From a virus (taxonomy: Duplodnaviria; Caudoviricetes), in IMG/VR virus record IMGVR_UViG_3300035002_000032, positions 1 to 63,984 of that record: a stretch of 63,984 nt of DNA, one strand, 5' to 3'. Below are positions 46,413 to 56,672 of this stretch, piece by piece (position 1 is the first letter of the stretch; each line of letters begins with the position of its first letter). The position numbers were made by a program, and so were the translations under genes. A model generated the notes under the pieces. It was not told the origin of the DNA. It did not search any database and saw nothing but the letters and a program-made list of their open reading frames with translations.

Positions 46413-49400
46413 ATGGTGCAGCTTGCCGAGACTATTTGGCGTGACTTTGTTACGGATGGCGTTCCGTCGACAGGAGCGAATGAGCCGCGTAAGCGCGATA
46501 TCCGCGAGTGGGGCACGTGGATTGAAGGCGTGGCTGCCGGCGCTTTTGCCGGCGCTGTGGTGTTTCCGTCCAAGGAAACAGCTGACATCAATCTAGACCA
46601 TGCGGCAAATACCATGGCATGGGTCGTTCTGGATTCGACCCCCGGCGACAATGGTGTTTATAGAAAGATTGGTGCGTCCGGAACTGGATCCTGGGCGCGT
46701 ATAGCAGACCTCCCCTACAGCTATATCAAGGCGTCTGATAACGGCGCTGGCACGCCAAACGCCATTCAGGCGACGACAAGCATTCCAGTGCCTGCCGCTG
46801 ACGGTTATGCCCTGATTGCGCTTAACATATTTGAGGCGAATACCGGCTCGCCCGTGACGGTTAGCTTCAACGGCGACACCGCACTTGCGATCAAGACCAC
46901 GACGGGACAAGATATTGCAGCCGGGGGTCTCTCCGCTGGGATGATCGTGGCTGGATACAAGTCTGGTGCCACGTTCCGATTGCTGACGCATCTTCACGGA
47001 TGGTCGCCTGTAGAGGCAGTCGAAATTGACTCCTCTGTTAGCCCTTCAAGGCGCGTACGACGTCTTGTCGATTGGGCAGGCGGAGAGGGTGCCAAACCTG
47101 GCAATATCGGCAAGTACATAGGACCCGGTGGCTACGTCGACACTATCGCGGAAGCTACCGACGTCCGCGGCCCCGCTGGTCCTTCTGGGCCTGGTACCGG
47201 CGACATGCTGACGTCGGTTTACGATCCAGAGGATATCGCAGAGCCGATTTTTGATGCCATCAACCGCGCGGCACTAGTTTCGCGTGTGTCTGGTGGGTTT
47301 GTCCCGACGCACGGTCGCGTCTATCGCGCCGGGGATTTGTCCTACATCGGGTCTGCTGGCGCGACGGCTATTCCTGACCTTCCGGGGCTTTTGCCGCTAG
47401 GCAATATCTTCGTTCAGCATTTCGGTGTTATTGCCGACATGACGTACGAAGAGCAGCAGATTCGCGATGCGACCGGCACGCTTATTAGTGAGTACGGATG
47501 GGTCAGAACTGGCGGAACCGATTGGCGTTCCCTTATCGTGCTGGCCGATGCCTACGCCGCATCTGTTGATAGACCGCTGTGGTTTAAGGACGGTGGCTAC
47601 TATTGGTTCACCGAACTAGCGCAAACGGCCCGCTGGCTGGCGGAAACTGACTTTGGTGTCACCCTTTGGGCGAACTTTGCCAAAGTTTCGGTTGCGGGAT
47701 TGGATGTCGCGCAATCCGGCCTGTCATGCAAGACGGCCAGCGCGGGGCTAGGGGTGCCCGGTGATCATGGTTTTCTGATCGTTGGTCAGTTTTCCTCGAC
47801 GACGCTTAAGGAAACCGGCCAAGGCGATTTGGGCTCGGCGTACCGCATCAACAACTTTTACACACCGGAGCAACAGCAGGTCGTTTCCGGCCTTCATGTG
47901 CGCGCGAAATTTAATCGCGCCGCACTGCAACGGAACGCCAGTGGAGTTATCACGCAGCGCTCGATTGGATCCATCCTTGTTACGGCTATGGGTGGAATCG
48001 AGTACTCGCACTTCGAAATAGGTGTCTTTGGTCGGACGAACGTTTCATCTTCGCACCTGATCCTGTGTCACTGGCAGGCGTACTACGATGCCACGTCGAT
48101 CAAGTTCGCTGGCGCCACTGTGGCTACTGGTGGTACCGGCTATGCCTCAGACTTCTATGTGACCGTGACTGGCGGCGGTGGTGGAGTCACTGTGACGCCT
48201 GTTGTCAAGGCGATCGTCAGTGGCGGCGCAGTCGTAAGTTATGACGTGGAGGATTGGGGTGAGGGCCTTACCGAGGCGCCCGTCTTCGACCATACGCCAG
48301 GTGGCGGCACGGGGGCGACGGCGAACGTGCGCTTTGGTGACGCATCGACGGGTGACAAGACGATGGCCACCATTGTCGAGTCCTACCACTTCATTAAGAA
48401 CCAAATCGACTTCATCACACCGATTGACAATGCGGATGGCCACAAGATGGACATCCCATTTGACATCGCGTCGGGTGGTCATGTGCAAGTCCGTGGTGTC
48501 AAAACGTTCGGTCTCAACGGCACAACGTTTGGCGGAGCGCTTGGGTCTGTTTCTTGTGGCGATGTGATAAACCAATACACCGTTGCAAGTCAAAAGGAGT
48601 ATGTGGGCAAGGCAATTCACATCATCGGTCCAGTAGCGCGCGACGTGCTTGCCGTCACCTCTGGCGAAGAGATGTTTTACGTCAAGGGAATGGGTACGTC
48701 CAAGGCGAATGGCGACTTTGAGCCTGGTACACGTAAGTTCAGGCAACGCCAATTGCCAATGGATGTGACCATTGAGAACGCGCAGTGCTATTACCATGCC
48801 AGCCAAGACCCTACACTTCCGCAGACAGTGTTCCTCGACCGCGTCTTTGGGCAGGTTAGGTTCCCCGGCCTGATTTCGGTTGGCGCCCACAAGGCACTGG
48901 AAATCGAGTATTGCCGCGGCAAATTCACCGGCACAGTTGGCGGTGATGGCGCCGTGGTGAATAATTTCTCGTCTGACGTCGAGTGGGACCTTATCAGCAG
49001 CGACAGGCGTAACGAGCAGAACAGTGGTAATGCGTCTGCTTATGCTTATGGTTGGGGCAGCACCAACTCCCGCGCTGTTGAAGTGACTGGCGGAACGGTG
49101 TCGCTTGGCAACTCGAGTGCCGATTTCACGTTGGGGTCTGGAACAATTTCCCTGGCTACTCCGCTGGCCACCAACGTTCATCGTGGCGATCCTGTTCTTA
49201 TCGGGACCGAACGCGTCATCGCAGCGGACATGCACTGCTTGGGCGCCACGCAACTCAGAGTGTCGCCGGCTATGTCCACCGTTGCGAGTGGTGCGGCGAT
49301 CACACTGGACCGACGTGCGCGGGTATCCAAACTGCGAGCCGCATTCGCGTCCTCCTTTAACGGCATTAGGGTGCTCAATGCCGATGTATACGGCATTGAT

Positions 49401-50054
49401 CTAAGCGGAATCCGCTACACCGGCCGCTTCGCCATCTTGGCGAGTGGCGATAGCATCGTGGAGGTTGTCGGCGGTGAACTGCCATTCGTTGGCCGAGCTG
49501 GCGGCACATTGTCCAATATTCGTACAATTCGAATGGAGGATACTTCCCACCTGATCCTGAAGGGTGTGCGGGCCAGAGATAACGCTAGCGTTGCCTCTCA
49601 CGTCCAGTTGGCAAATTCGTCTACAGCGCTGATCGAGGCATGCCTGATTGAGGATGTCGCGAACTTTATTGTTTCGGCGCTGGATTCGGCTGGGCAAGTT
49701 GAGTGGGTCGGAAACTTTGACTTCAGTCGCGTTCCTCTCTCGCACCCTGGCCGCCGCGGATCGAACGCCAATGGCGAGTGGGTAAAGCATCCTGACGGTA
49801 CACTGCAGTGCTGGTTACGCGGTGCTGCCTTGCTGTCGGGCGGCACAACGTGGACGTTCCCGGCAACCTTTCATGCAGCGTCCACGACGTTTGTTACGGG
49901 TCAGCCCACATCCACATCTGCGGCACGTGCCATTGGTGCGACGAACGGGAGTGCGGCAAGCGCCACGATCCAAATGTGGGATTTGACTGTGGCTCCGCCT
50001 GTCGCGGTGGGTGGCGGGGCCAGCCTGATGGCAATAGGTAGGTGGCGCGCATAG
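46413..50054 (+). CDS. Tail fibre/spike receptor-binding protein
   Basis: N-terminal anchor (DGVPS..EPRK.DIR.WG), GPSGPGTGDM linker, beta-rich body, C-terminal NGEWVK.PDGT.QCW...AIGRW. Confidence 0.85.
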   Translation: MVQLAETIWRDFVTDGVPSTGANEPRKRDIREWGTWIEGVAAGAFAGAVVFPSKETADINLDHAANTMAWVVLDSTPGDNGVYRKIGASGTGSWARIADLPYSYIKASDNGAGTPNAIQATTSIPVPAADGYALIALNIFEANTGSPVTVSFNGDTALAIKTTTGQDIAAGGLSAGMIVAGYKSGATFRLLTHLHGWSPVEAVEIDSSVSPSRRVRRLVDWAGGEGAKPGNIGKYIGPGGYVDTIAEATDVRGPAGPSGPGTGDMLTSVYDPEDIAEPIFDAINRAALVSRVSGGFVPTHGRVYRAGDLSYIGSAGATAIPDLPGLLPLGNIFVQHFGVIADMTYEEQQIRDATGTLISEYGWVRTGGTDWRSLIVLADAYAASVDRPLWFKDGGYYWFTELAQTARWLAETDFGVTLWANFAKVSVAGLDVAQSGLSCKTASAGLGVPGDHGFLIVGQFSSTTLKETGQGDLGSAYRINNFYTPEQQQVVSGLHVRAKFNRAALQRNASGVITQRSIGSILVTAMGGIEYSHFEIGVFGRTNVSSSHLILCHWQAYYDATSIKFAGATVATGGTGYASDFYVTVTGGGGGVTVTPVVKAIVSGGAVVSYDVEDWGEGLTEAPVFDHTPGGGTGATANVRFGDASTGDKTMATIVESYHFIKNQIDFITPIDNADGHKMDIPFDIASGGHVQVRGVKTFGLNGTTFGGALGSVSCGDVINQYTVASQKEYVGKAIHIIGPVARDVLAVTSGEEMFYVKGMGTSKANGDFEPGTRKFRQRQLPMDVTIENAQCYYHASQDPTLPQTVFLDRVFGQVRFPGLISVGAHKALEIEYCRGKFTGTVGGDGAVVNNFSSDVEWDLISSDRRNEQNSGNASAYAYGWGSTNSRAVEVTGGTVSLGNSSADFTLGSGTISLATPLATNVHRGDPVLIGTERVIAADMHCLGATQLRVSPAMSTVASGAAITLDRRARVSKLRAAFASSFNGIRVLNADVYGIDLSGIRYTGRFAILASGDSIVEVVGGELPFVGRAGGTLSNIRTIRMEDTSHLILKGVRARDNASVASHVQLANSSTALIEACLIEDVANFIVSALDSAGQVEWVGNFDFSRVPLSHPGRRGSNANGEWVKHPDGTLQCWLRGAALLSGGTTWTFPATFHAASTTFVTGQPTSTSAARAIGATNGSAASATIQMWDLTVAPPVAVGGGASLMAIGRWRA

Positions 50055-50060
50055 TGCCGC

Positions 50061-50336
50061 CTACCGCTGCGGGACACGCTCCCGCAGCCAATGGTCATTC
50101 GGGGTGCCGTAGGAAAACCAGTCGGCACCCTTGGTGATCTCGACGATCAGGAGCCGGTCATCGCCCTCTATGAGGCTGGACAGGTCCATGAACAGTTGCG
50201 GGGCTGTTCTGTCGGTCTCGACATACTGAGCCCCTGTCATCGGTGACCGGCAAGCCATGCCTTTTAATTTGTCGTAGAAGGCGGCATAGGCTTTGCGGTC
50301 CTGCTTCAGCTCGTAGGAGATCAGGTAGACCGGCAT
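50061..50336 (-). CDS. Small ferredoxin-fold (Cas2/VapD-like) protein
   Basis: YLISYEL start, DRLLIVEI end; second gene of the reverse-strand moron. Confidence 0.55.
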   Translation of the reverse strand: MPVYLISYELKQDRKAYAAFYDKLKGMACRSPMTGAQYVETDRTAPQLFMDLSSLIEGDDRLLIVEITKGADWFSYGTPNDHWLRERVPQR

Positions 50337-50339
50337 CGC

Positions 50340-51563
50340 TCAGATATAGTTCTGCATGAACCTGGCTCCGCGCATTGCCGCATACTTGCGGACAAGGGCG
50401 GTCGTTTTCTCAAGCGTGCCGCTCGTACGGGTCTGCGCCAACTCAACCTTGTGCTCGATCTGCTTTATGGGCTTGCCGAACAGCGAGTTGGTGAACTGTA
50501 CCTGCGCCATGATCCGATAGCGGTTTTCGGGATGCGCGCCCTTGTGATAGGCGGACGTATCCACAAAGAACACCGTGCCGGCCGGGCCTGTGATGTTGAC
50601 CTCGTTGTCCATGACGCCGAACTCGCGCATCTGGGCGTCGGAGTAGCGATCGTCGATCCACAGCGGGTCGGGCCGGCGCTTGTGGGTGCCCTTCACCATG
50701 GTATGCGGGCCGGAGCCTTGATCCACATCGGTCAGGTAGATGAACATCTTGACGAACTTCAGCCGGTGCATGTCGTAGTGGTAGCGCTGGCCGGTGCCGT
50801 TCATTTGCTTCTCGTGCTTGGTCTTCACCGGACCGGACAGCACCGCGACGGGCGTGTTGAAGATCGGCGGGAGCCCAAGGTACTTCTGCGCAACGGAGTA
50901 GATGAACGGATCGGCGGCGAGCTGGTACATCTCCTCAAAGGTGCAGGCTTGATTGGTGTTGACCCAATGGGCGAGCGCGGCGCCTTCCTTGCCGGCGATC
51001 GTGGCGTCAACCGCCTCCTGGTTCTGCGCAAGCTGCTTATCGACCTTGGATTTGAGGCTGGCAACCAAAGGGGCAGGCGCGAGCACGGGGCATTTCCAAT
51101 AGCCGTAAGCCTCGATGTGCCGATGGGCGCCGTCGATGGCATTCTCCCATAGGTTTTTGGAAACCGCCGCGTCATCCTCTCCGTTGAGGTGAACCGATGC
51201 GCCGGCCTTGGCTTTCAGGATGCCGCTGAACAGGCTGCCCGCCATATCGACGGTCTGCGCCGGGGAGTGGTCTGCCAGCACCCACGAAAAGACGCGATTG
51301 CTCTGGAGGCGGGTTTCCTCGCAGGCATAGCGGAAATTGTAGTATTGCGGGTCGGTATTGTAGCCCCCGCTTTTCGCAAAGCCCTCAAGATGATCGATCA
51401 TCTTTCGGGAACGATAGTTCGGCGGCAAATAACCGTCGATGTGTTTGCGAAGCTCCTTAACGGCGGCGAGCTCAATCTTGAAAGTATCGTCGCGGGCCTT
51501 GAGTAGGTCGCGGTCGCCGGGCTTGGCGGCGTTCTGCGGCATGATTTTGTTGACGACGTTCAT
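50340..51563 (-). CDS. PhyH-like Fe(II)/2-oxoglutarate dioxygenase (moron)
   Basis: YHYD, FIYLTDVD..SGP, GTH, GPAGTVFFVDT..YHKG; likely start MNVVN. Confidence 0.8.
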   Translation of the reverse strand: MNVVNKIMPQNAAKPGDRDLLKARDDTFKIELAAVKELRKHIDGYLPPNYRSRKMIDHLEGFAKSGGYNTDPQYYNFRYACEETRLQSNRVFSWVLADHSPAQTVDMAGSLFSGILKAKAGASVHLNGEDDAAVSKNLWENAIDGAHRHIEAYGYWKCPVLAPAPLVASLKSKVDKQLAQNQEAVDATIAGKEGAALAHWVNTNQACTFEEMYQLAADPFIYSVAQKYLGLPPIFNTPVAVLSGPVKTKHEKQMNGTGQRYHYDMHRLKFVKMFIYLTDVDQGSGPHTMVKGTHKRRPDPLWIDDRYSDAQMREFGVMDNEVNITGPAGTVFFVDTSAYHKGAHPENRYRIMAQVQFTNSLFGKPIKQIEHKVELAQTRTSGTLEKTTALVRKYAAMRGARFMQNYI

Positions 51564-51727
51564 TCCAGACCTCTCCCTTGGAAAGAAGCGGCGACAATAG
51601 GCAACCTGCCTCGAAAGTACAACTCCGAAGATCAATGCGCGGGCAATCTGGCGCGCTAACGTAGGCAAATCTCAAATGAAAATCACGTTTGACGTGGCGC
51701 GTCACCGCGCCGCGAGCGAGGCCGCGC

Positions 51728-52414
51728 ATGGATAGGGCCAAATTCTTCGCCGCCATCCGTAGCGGCAAACTGGTCACATCGTTGACCGGGGATCAAGTCC
51801 AGCGGATTGAGGCGGTCATTGACGGTCTGCAGGCGCGCTCGGTCTCCATCAAGCGCGCCGCCTACATTCTGGCGACCGCGTTCCATGAGAGCGATCGTTT
51901 TCGCACCCTGACCGAATATGCGTCTGGCGCCGCCTACGAGGGGCGCAAGGATTTGGGCAATACGCAAGCCGGTGACGGTAAGCGGTTCAAGGGCAGGGGC
52001 CTGGTGCAGATTACTGGCAGGCGCAATTATACCGATTGGTCGAAGCGGCTGGGTGTGGACATCGTCGCCAAGCCGGAATTGGCCGCCACGCTGAAATATG
52101 CCGTGCCGATCCTTATTGACGGCATGCTGCTGGGCACGTTCACTGGCAAAAAGCTCGGCGACTACGTCGACCCGCTGATGGATTTCAAGGGTGCGCGCCG
52201 CGTCGTCAACGGTACGGATAGGGCATCTCTGATCGCCGACTATGCCGGAAAGTTTCTGGCTTCGCTCAAAGAGGCCGATTACGGTTCGGCAACAGTGCCG
52301 GTCCCGCCCGCCGCTCCTGCACAGCCCACCCCCACCAAAACGCCTGCCCTGCAGTATCTCGTCGACTTGCTGGTGGCGTGGCTCCGCAGGTTCATCGAAA
52401 GGACAGCCAAATGA
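51728..52414 (+). CDS. Endolysin, glycoside hydrolase family 19
   Basis: ATAFHES, GDGKRFKGRGLVQITGRRNY, ARRVVNG. Confidence 0.9.
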   Translation: MDRAKFFAAIRSGKLVTSLTGDQVQRIEAVIDGLQARSVSIKRAAYILATAFHESDRFRTLTEYASGAAYEGRKDLGNTQAGDGKRFKGRGLVQITGRRNYTDWSKRLGVDIVAKPELAATLKYAVPILIDGMLLGTFTGKKLGDYVDPLMDFKGARRVVNGTDRASLIADYAGKFLASLKEADYGSATVPVPPAAPAQPTPTKTPALQYLVDLLVAWLRRFIERTAK

Positions 52415-52911
52415 TCCTGACCAGCATCCTGTTGGACCTGGCCGGCGAAGTCGCGGCGCCTTTCGTCAAGAAGGTGTTGGGCGACAAATTGGGTGACGCT
52501 GGCGGCAAACTCGCCGGAAGTGTCGTCGACGTGATCGCCGGCAAGCTCGGCGTTCCGGCTAGCAAGATCCCCGACCAGCCGCGCGAGGTGGTGCAGGCCG
52601 CGATTGTTGCGGCCGAGCCGGAAGTTGCTGAACTGGTACTGGCGCATGTCGAGCAGCAGCGGGCAGCCAACGAACTGCAGATGGCCGAAATGGACAAAGG
52701 CCCGCTCTGGACGTGGGCCTGGCGTCCGGTGTGGATGTGGCTTCTCGGATTCCTGTGGGTGTGGCAGTTGGTGGTCGTCCATATCACCAATGCGGCTTTT
52801 GGCACGGCCATTCCTGTCGCGAGCACGGGCGATCTTTTCAATCTGACCGGCGCCTATCTGGCTCTGTATTTGGGCGGACACACCGCCAAGAACATTTGGG
52901 GACAAAAGTGA
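52411..52911 (+). CDS. Holin-like membrane protein (3TM holin family)
   Basis: WRP motif, two hydrophobic helices, YLGGHTAK. Confidence 0.75.
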   Translation: MILTSILLDLAGEVAAPFVKKVLGDKLGDAGGKLAGSVVDVIAGKLGVPASKIPDQPREVVQAAIVAAEPEVAELVLAHVEQQRAANELQMAEMDKGPLWTWAWRPVWMWLLGFLWVWQLVVVHITNAAFGTAIPVASTGDLFNLTGAYLALYLGGHTAKNIWGQK

Positions 52912-53216
52912 GCGGCGCCGAAATCATGGGCGCCGTCGCCTTCGGGCTTTTGGTCTTCGGGGCGATTTCCGGCGCCTTCTGGCGCATGTGGGGATTGATC
53001 AAGGAGGCAGGCGGCAAGGGTGAAAAGGCCCAAACCGACCTTGCCGCCTACAAGACGCACGTGGCCGAGACCTACACGACCAAGACCGGCATGCAGGAGC
53101 AGACAGCCCAACTCATGAAGGCGATCGAAGGCGTCGGTTCCCGGCTCGACTCCCGCCTTGATGGTGTAAACGAACGACTGGACCGACTTTACGAGGCGCC
53201 GCCGCGGCGCACCTGA
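52908..53216 (+). CDS. Lysis-region protein (N-terminal TM plus coiled coil)
   Basis: LAAYKTHVAETY...RLD.RLD. Confidence 0.7.
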   Translation: MSGAEIMGAVAFGLLVFGAISGAFWRMWGLIKEAGGKGEKAQTDLAAYKTHVAETYTTKTGMQEQTAQLMKAIEGVGSRLDSRLDGVNERLDRLYEAPPRRT

Positions 53217-53244
53217 CTTTTCAATCACCTATCTCTTTCCACCC

Positions 53245-53282
53245 GACCCCGTTGCCCTGACCGGCAGCGGGGTCTTTTTTTG
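53245..53282 (+). terminator. Intrinsic terminator ending the late operon
   Basis: GACCCCGTTGCC-ctgacc-GGCAGCGGGGTC-TTTTTTT. Confidence 0.9.
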
Positions 53283-53286
53283 TTTT

Positions 53287-53338
53287 AAGGCGAAACCGCC
53301 TAAATCGAATTGACAACCTAGGCGAAAACGCCTAACGT
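53287..53338 (+). promoter_or_regulatory. Third early promoter with two repressor operators
   Basis: AAGGCGAAACCGCCTA (53287), TTGACA (53310), TAGGCGAAAACGCCTA (53319-53334), TAACGT (53333). Confidence 0.85.
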
Positions 53339-53383
53339 AACACCAAGGAGAAAGACTCACTCAAACCCCATTGGGAGACCAAC

Positions 53384-54028
53384 ATGCGCGCATTGCTTGC
53401 CGCCACCCTTATGCTTGGGACTGCGCTTAGCGCGTGCTCCGGGGTTGATCCGATCGAGACCGGGAGTAGCCGGGCGGGGGCGGACGTGCGGATTGAGCGC
53501 GACGTTAAGGTGGGCGGTCAGACTAAGCAGTCAGTCGGCTCCGGCGTCTACATCGGCAATGGCATCATCCTTACGGCAGCGCATGTCGTCGACGGTGCGA
53601 AGGAAGTGCGCGTCAAGTCCGATGCTGGAGACATTCAGACGGCGACCGTGCTGTGGACGAACGCGGCTTATGACTTGGCCGCCATTCGTCCCACCAACAG
53701 CCGACGCTTCAAGGAAGCGCGGCTTGCGTGCGTAGAGCCGCACGAGGGTGATGAAGTCAAGGCTGCGGGCAATCCGGCCGGCATCGAATTCGTCACCATG
53801 CACGGCTATGTGTCGGGTAAGTCTCGCAAGATGGCGCCAGATTGGGAGGCCGTGTTTCTTACCGACATGACCACCATCGGCGGCATGAGCGGCGGCGGGG
53901 TCTACAATCGCGAAGGCTACGTTGTCGGCATTACGGTCGGCACTCTTGGCTATAACGCGCCCGCCGGCGGACTTGGATTTGCCGTACCGGGAAAGGTCGC
54001 CTGCCAGATGTTGGGGAGGGCGGCCTAA
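53384..54028 (+). CDS. Trypsin-like (S1) serine protease lipoprotein
   Basis: Lipobox LSAC, TAAHV, DLA, GMSGGG. Confidence 0.9.
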   Translation: MRALLAATLMLGTALSACSGVDPIETGSSRAGADVRIERDVKVGGQTKQSVGSGVYIGNGIILTAAHVVDGAKEVRVKSDAGDIQTATVLWTNAAYDLAAIRPTNSRRFKEARLACVEPHEGDEVKAAGNPAGIEFVTMHGYVSGKSRKMAPDWEAVFLTDMTTIGGMSGGGVYNREGYVVGITVGTLGYNAPAGGLGFAVPGKVACQMLGRAA

Positions 54029-54030
54029 CA

Positions 54031-54543
54031 ATGACCCTCCTCCCGCGCCTTATCATCTTCAATATCACGGCCGCCGCGTTCGTTGTGTGGGCTTGGCTGC
54101 TGGGGTATCCGCAGGCCGCCCTTGCGGCGGACACGTCCGGCATTTCTTATGCTATCCTGGCGCTGTTCGGCCTTGGTATCGCGGCGTCGTTTTGGCGGGC
54201 CATGAAGGTTGGCGCGATCCCCGCAATGCCACTGCGGATGCGCCGCAGGATTGCCGCTAAGGCGCCGGCGCAGAACAACCACTTGAGCGAAATCGCGAAG
54301 TGGCTGGCGATGCTGGGTATGTTCGGGACTGTGGTCGGCCTTATCCAGATGGCATTATCCCTCAAGGGGAGCCTTGGCGGCGCGGACAATCTTGCCGCAG
54401 CGATTGCCATGGCCTTCGAAGGTTATGGCGTGGCGCTTGTGACAACCGCGGTGGGTATCGTTACCGGCGCGTGGATTGAAGTCAATGCGCTGCTTATCGG
54501 TACGGCTACTGACGGGCTGGTTAAGGACACGGGAGAGGTGTGA
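54031..54543 (+). CDS. MotA/TolQ/ExbB proton-channel family membrane protein
   Basis: LGMFGTVVGLI and GYGVALVTTAVG helices. Confidence 0.85.
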   Translation: MTLLPRLIIFNITAAAFVVWAWLLGYPQAALAADTSGISYAILALFGLGIAASFWRAMKVGAIPAMPLRMRRRIAAKAPAQNNHLSEIAKWLAMLGMFGTVVGLIQMALSLKGSLGGADNLAAAIAMAFEGYGVALVTTAVGIVTGAWIEVNALLIGTATDGLVKDTGEV

Positions 54544-54761
54544 TGTGGTTCCGACGCCAGACACGCCCATTCAGGGTATCTGTTCACCTTGACGGAAGAC
54601 ACCCCTACTTGACCACCAATGAACTCGACGTGGCGACGCGCGACGTAGTTCTCACTGTACCGGCCCGTGACTGGAACCACGCGGCTGAGCAGGCCATGCG
54701 CGCGGCAATGCCGCTGAGGGCATGGAAGTATTGGGTCACGTCCATCGAGGACGCAACATGA
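54540..54761 (+). CDS. Hypothetical protein
   Basis: Coupled ORF between the channel genes. Confidence 0.5.
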   Translation: MMWFRRQTRPFRVSVHLDGRHPYLTTNELDVATRDVVLTVPARDWNHAAEQAMRAAMPLRAWKYWVTSIEDAT

Positions 54762-55312
54762 TCAACATCGCCGCCCGCGACCTGTTTTTGAACGCGCTTG
54801 CGTTCTGCCTTCTGGTGTTGATCATCATCATTCCGTGGATCAACCCCACGCCGACCAATGCGCATGACGCGCCGCCACCCGGCAACCTCGCCGTAAGCAT
54901 CGCATGGCCGGAAGGCCCTTATGACGTGGATGTATGGGTACTGGCACCTGGCGAGCAGAAGGCGGTCGGATATAGCAACCGCGCCGGCAGGGTGTTCAAC
55001 TTGCTGCGTGATGACCTTGGCCTAAGCGGCGATGACGGCCCATTCAATCGGGAAGATGCGTTCAGCCGCGGCCTGCCCGCCGGCGAGTACGTGGTGAACA
55101 TCCACGGCTATTCGGTCGCACAGGAATTGCCTGTCGAAGTCGAGATAAGACGCGCGGATGGCAACGGCAGTGCGCTTCTTGTGCGCGAGACCATGACCAT
55201 TCGCCAAGCGCAAGAGCGTACCGTTGTGCGGTTCCGGTTGGATGCGTCCGGCAATGTTGTGCCTGGTTCGATGAACCGTGTTTACAAGCCTTTGAGGAGC
55301 GCTACGAAATGA
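54758..55312 (+). CDS. Single-TM MotB/ExbD-like partner with an extracytoplasmic beta domain
   Basis: RDLFLN Asp at the start of the TM; W..DVDVWV..P...LLRDDLG...GEYVVNIH (YfaP-like). Confidence 0.7.
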   Translation: MINIAARDLFLNALAFCLLVLIIIIPWINPTPTNAHDAPPPGNLAVSIAWPEGPYDVDVWVLAPGEQKAVGYSNRAGRVFNLLRDDLGLSGDDGPFNREDAFSRGLPAGEYVVNIHGYSVAQELPVEVEIRRADGNGSALLVRETMTIRQAQERTVVRFRLDASGNVVPGSMNRVYKPLRSATK

Positions 55313-55704
55313 GCAAGTTCAAGGTTGGGGATAGGGTGCGGGTCGTCAAGGACGGCGAGCGCTATGGCGGTTCGTGGCACAAGGTGCCAATCGGACACGT
55401 CGTGCAAGTCGTCAGAATAAGCGGCTATGAGATCGATACAGATTCCGGATGGTTCTTCCACGAGGACGAAATCGAACTTGTCACGGCGACAGTCACGCCG
55501 CCCGCATCCCCCGTCCGCACCGTAACTCGCCGCGAGATTGTTGATGGCAATTACAACGGTGTTGAAATCAGTGTCGGAGGAGTGCCTTGGGGCAAGAAGC
55601 GCGTCCGCTTCGATGCGACGGCCGATGCGCAATCCCTTCGCGAGGCAGCCCGCATCTTCAACGAAATCGCCGACGTGCTCGACGAGGAGAAGGAGGACGT
55701 GTGA
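55309..55704 (+). CDS. KOW-like module protein
   Basis: KFKVGDRVRVVKDG, shared with 7353-8492. Confidence 0.65.
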   Translation: MSKFKVGDRVRVVKDGERYGGSWHKVPIGHVVQVVRISGYEIDTDSGWFFHEDEIELVTATVTPPASPVRTVTRREIVDGNYNGVEISVGGVPWGKKRVRFDATADAQSLREAARIFNEIADVLDEEKEDV

Positions 55705-55904
55705 TGATGTTCCCTGTTCGGTGGTTCTTGTTCGTGCCTGCGGCAGTTAATGCGCTGGCAGCCGCAGGTATTGGCAATAATTTCGGTGAGGCCGTTTGGA
55801 CTGGTGACGTGGCGCGGGCCGCAGTGGCTTGCCGGCATGGTTATTTGGTTCGCATCTAGCGCCATTGGCTGCTTGCTAGCAGCAACAGACAAGCGGGAGG
55901 CCGC

Positions 55905-56148
55905 GTGATGTTTGGCCACGGCCTGGAAATAGCACTTGCTGCGGCCCTTGATGCCTACCGCGCCGCAGGCTGGCAAGAATGGCACGGCGGCAAGTGCCCC
56001 GTGGAGCCGGGCACGACGGTCGAGGTGGCCTATGGCGACGGCCTGCTGAAGGAAGCCGAAGCGCAGTTCCTCGACTGGGTCGCACCAGTGCGAGGAAACA
56101 GACATCACGGCCTATCGGGTCCGGTCCAAGGATGGGGTGACGTCGTGA
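55905..56148 (+). pseudogene. Small phage protein, frameshifted at about 56078
   Basis: WHGGKCPV...LDW continues as SHQCEETDITAYRV in the +1 frame. Confidence 0.55.
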
Positions 56149-56241
56149 CCTGGTTTACGCCCGAAGGCATGGCCCTCGCCGCTATCGCGGTTGCACTGGC
56201 AGTGGCGCTTATGATTGCGGTTGATATCGCTGGAGGCGGCA

Positions 56242-56454
56242 ATGGCGAAGAATGACGGTGGGCCGGCGCACCCTGTCTATACAGGCAACCCAGAGCATTG
56301 GCAGAACGGCATGGCGCTGCGCGATTGGTTCGCGGGGCAGGCACTTCCAACCGTAGCGGCTTACGACAGCAACCCCGATGTGTTTGAAGCGGAATGGATA
56401 GCGTCTCGCGCCTATTCCATCGCCGACGCCATGCTTGCGGAACGCGACAAATGA
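56242..56454 (+). CDS. Conserved small phage protein
   Basis: DGGPA.P...GMALRDWFAGQAL...AY.IADAMLAER. Confidence 0.8.
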   Translation: MAKNDGGPAHPVYTGNPEHWQNGMALRDWFAGQALPTVAAYDSNPDVFEAEWIASRAYSIADAMLAERDK

Positions 56455-56672
56455 GCGCCGCCCTGCACGAATTCATGTGGGCGCATCCTGACCTGTTCAC
56501 GGTGCTGCTGTTCATGTCTGCGACCGGCATCAGCGCAGGCATGATTGCGCTTTGCTACTGGCTTCATGGGAATGACGATGAGTGACCGGCAGACGCTGAT
56601 TTATATTGCCGTCTTCTTGGTCGGCTGTTTTTGGGGAGGCTTTGCGGGTGGCCTCTTTCGGTGGGTACTATC

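Noticed and set aside
46413-50054. Diversity-generating retroelement or invertible tail-fibre cassette
   Set aside because: No reverse transcriptase, invertase or duplicated template repeat found
54031-55312. A bona fide Zorya defence system
   Set aside because: The MotA-like protein lacks the long ZorA tail, the partner lacks an OmpA-like domain, and no ZorC/D/E genes are present; kept instead as a distinct module
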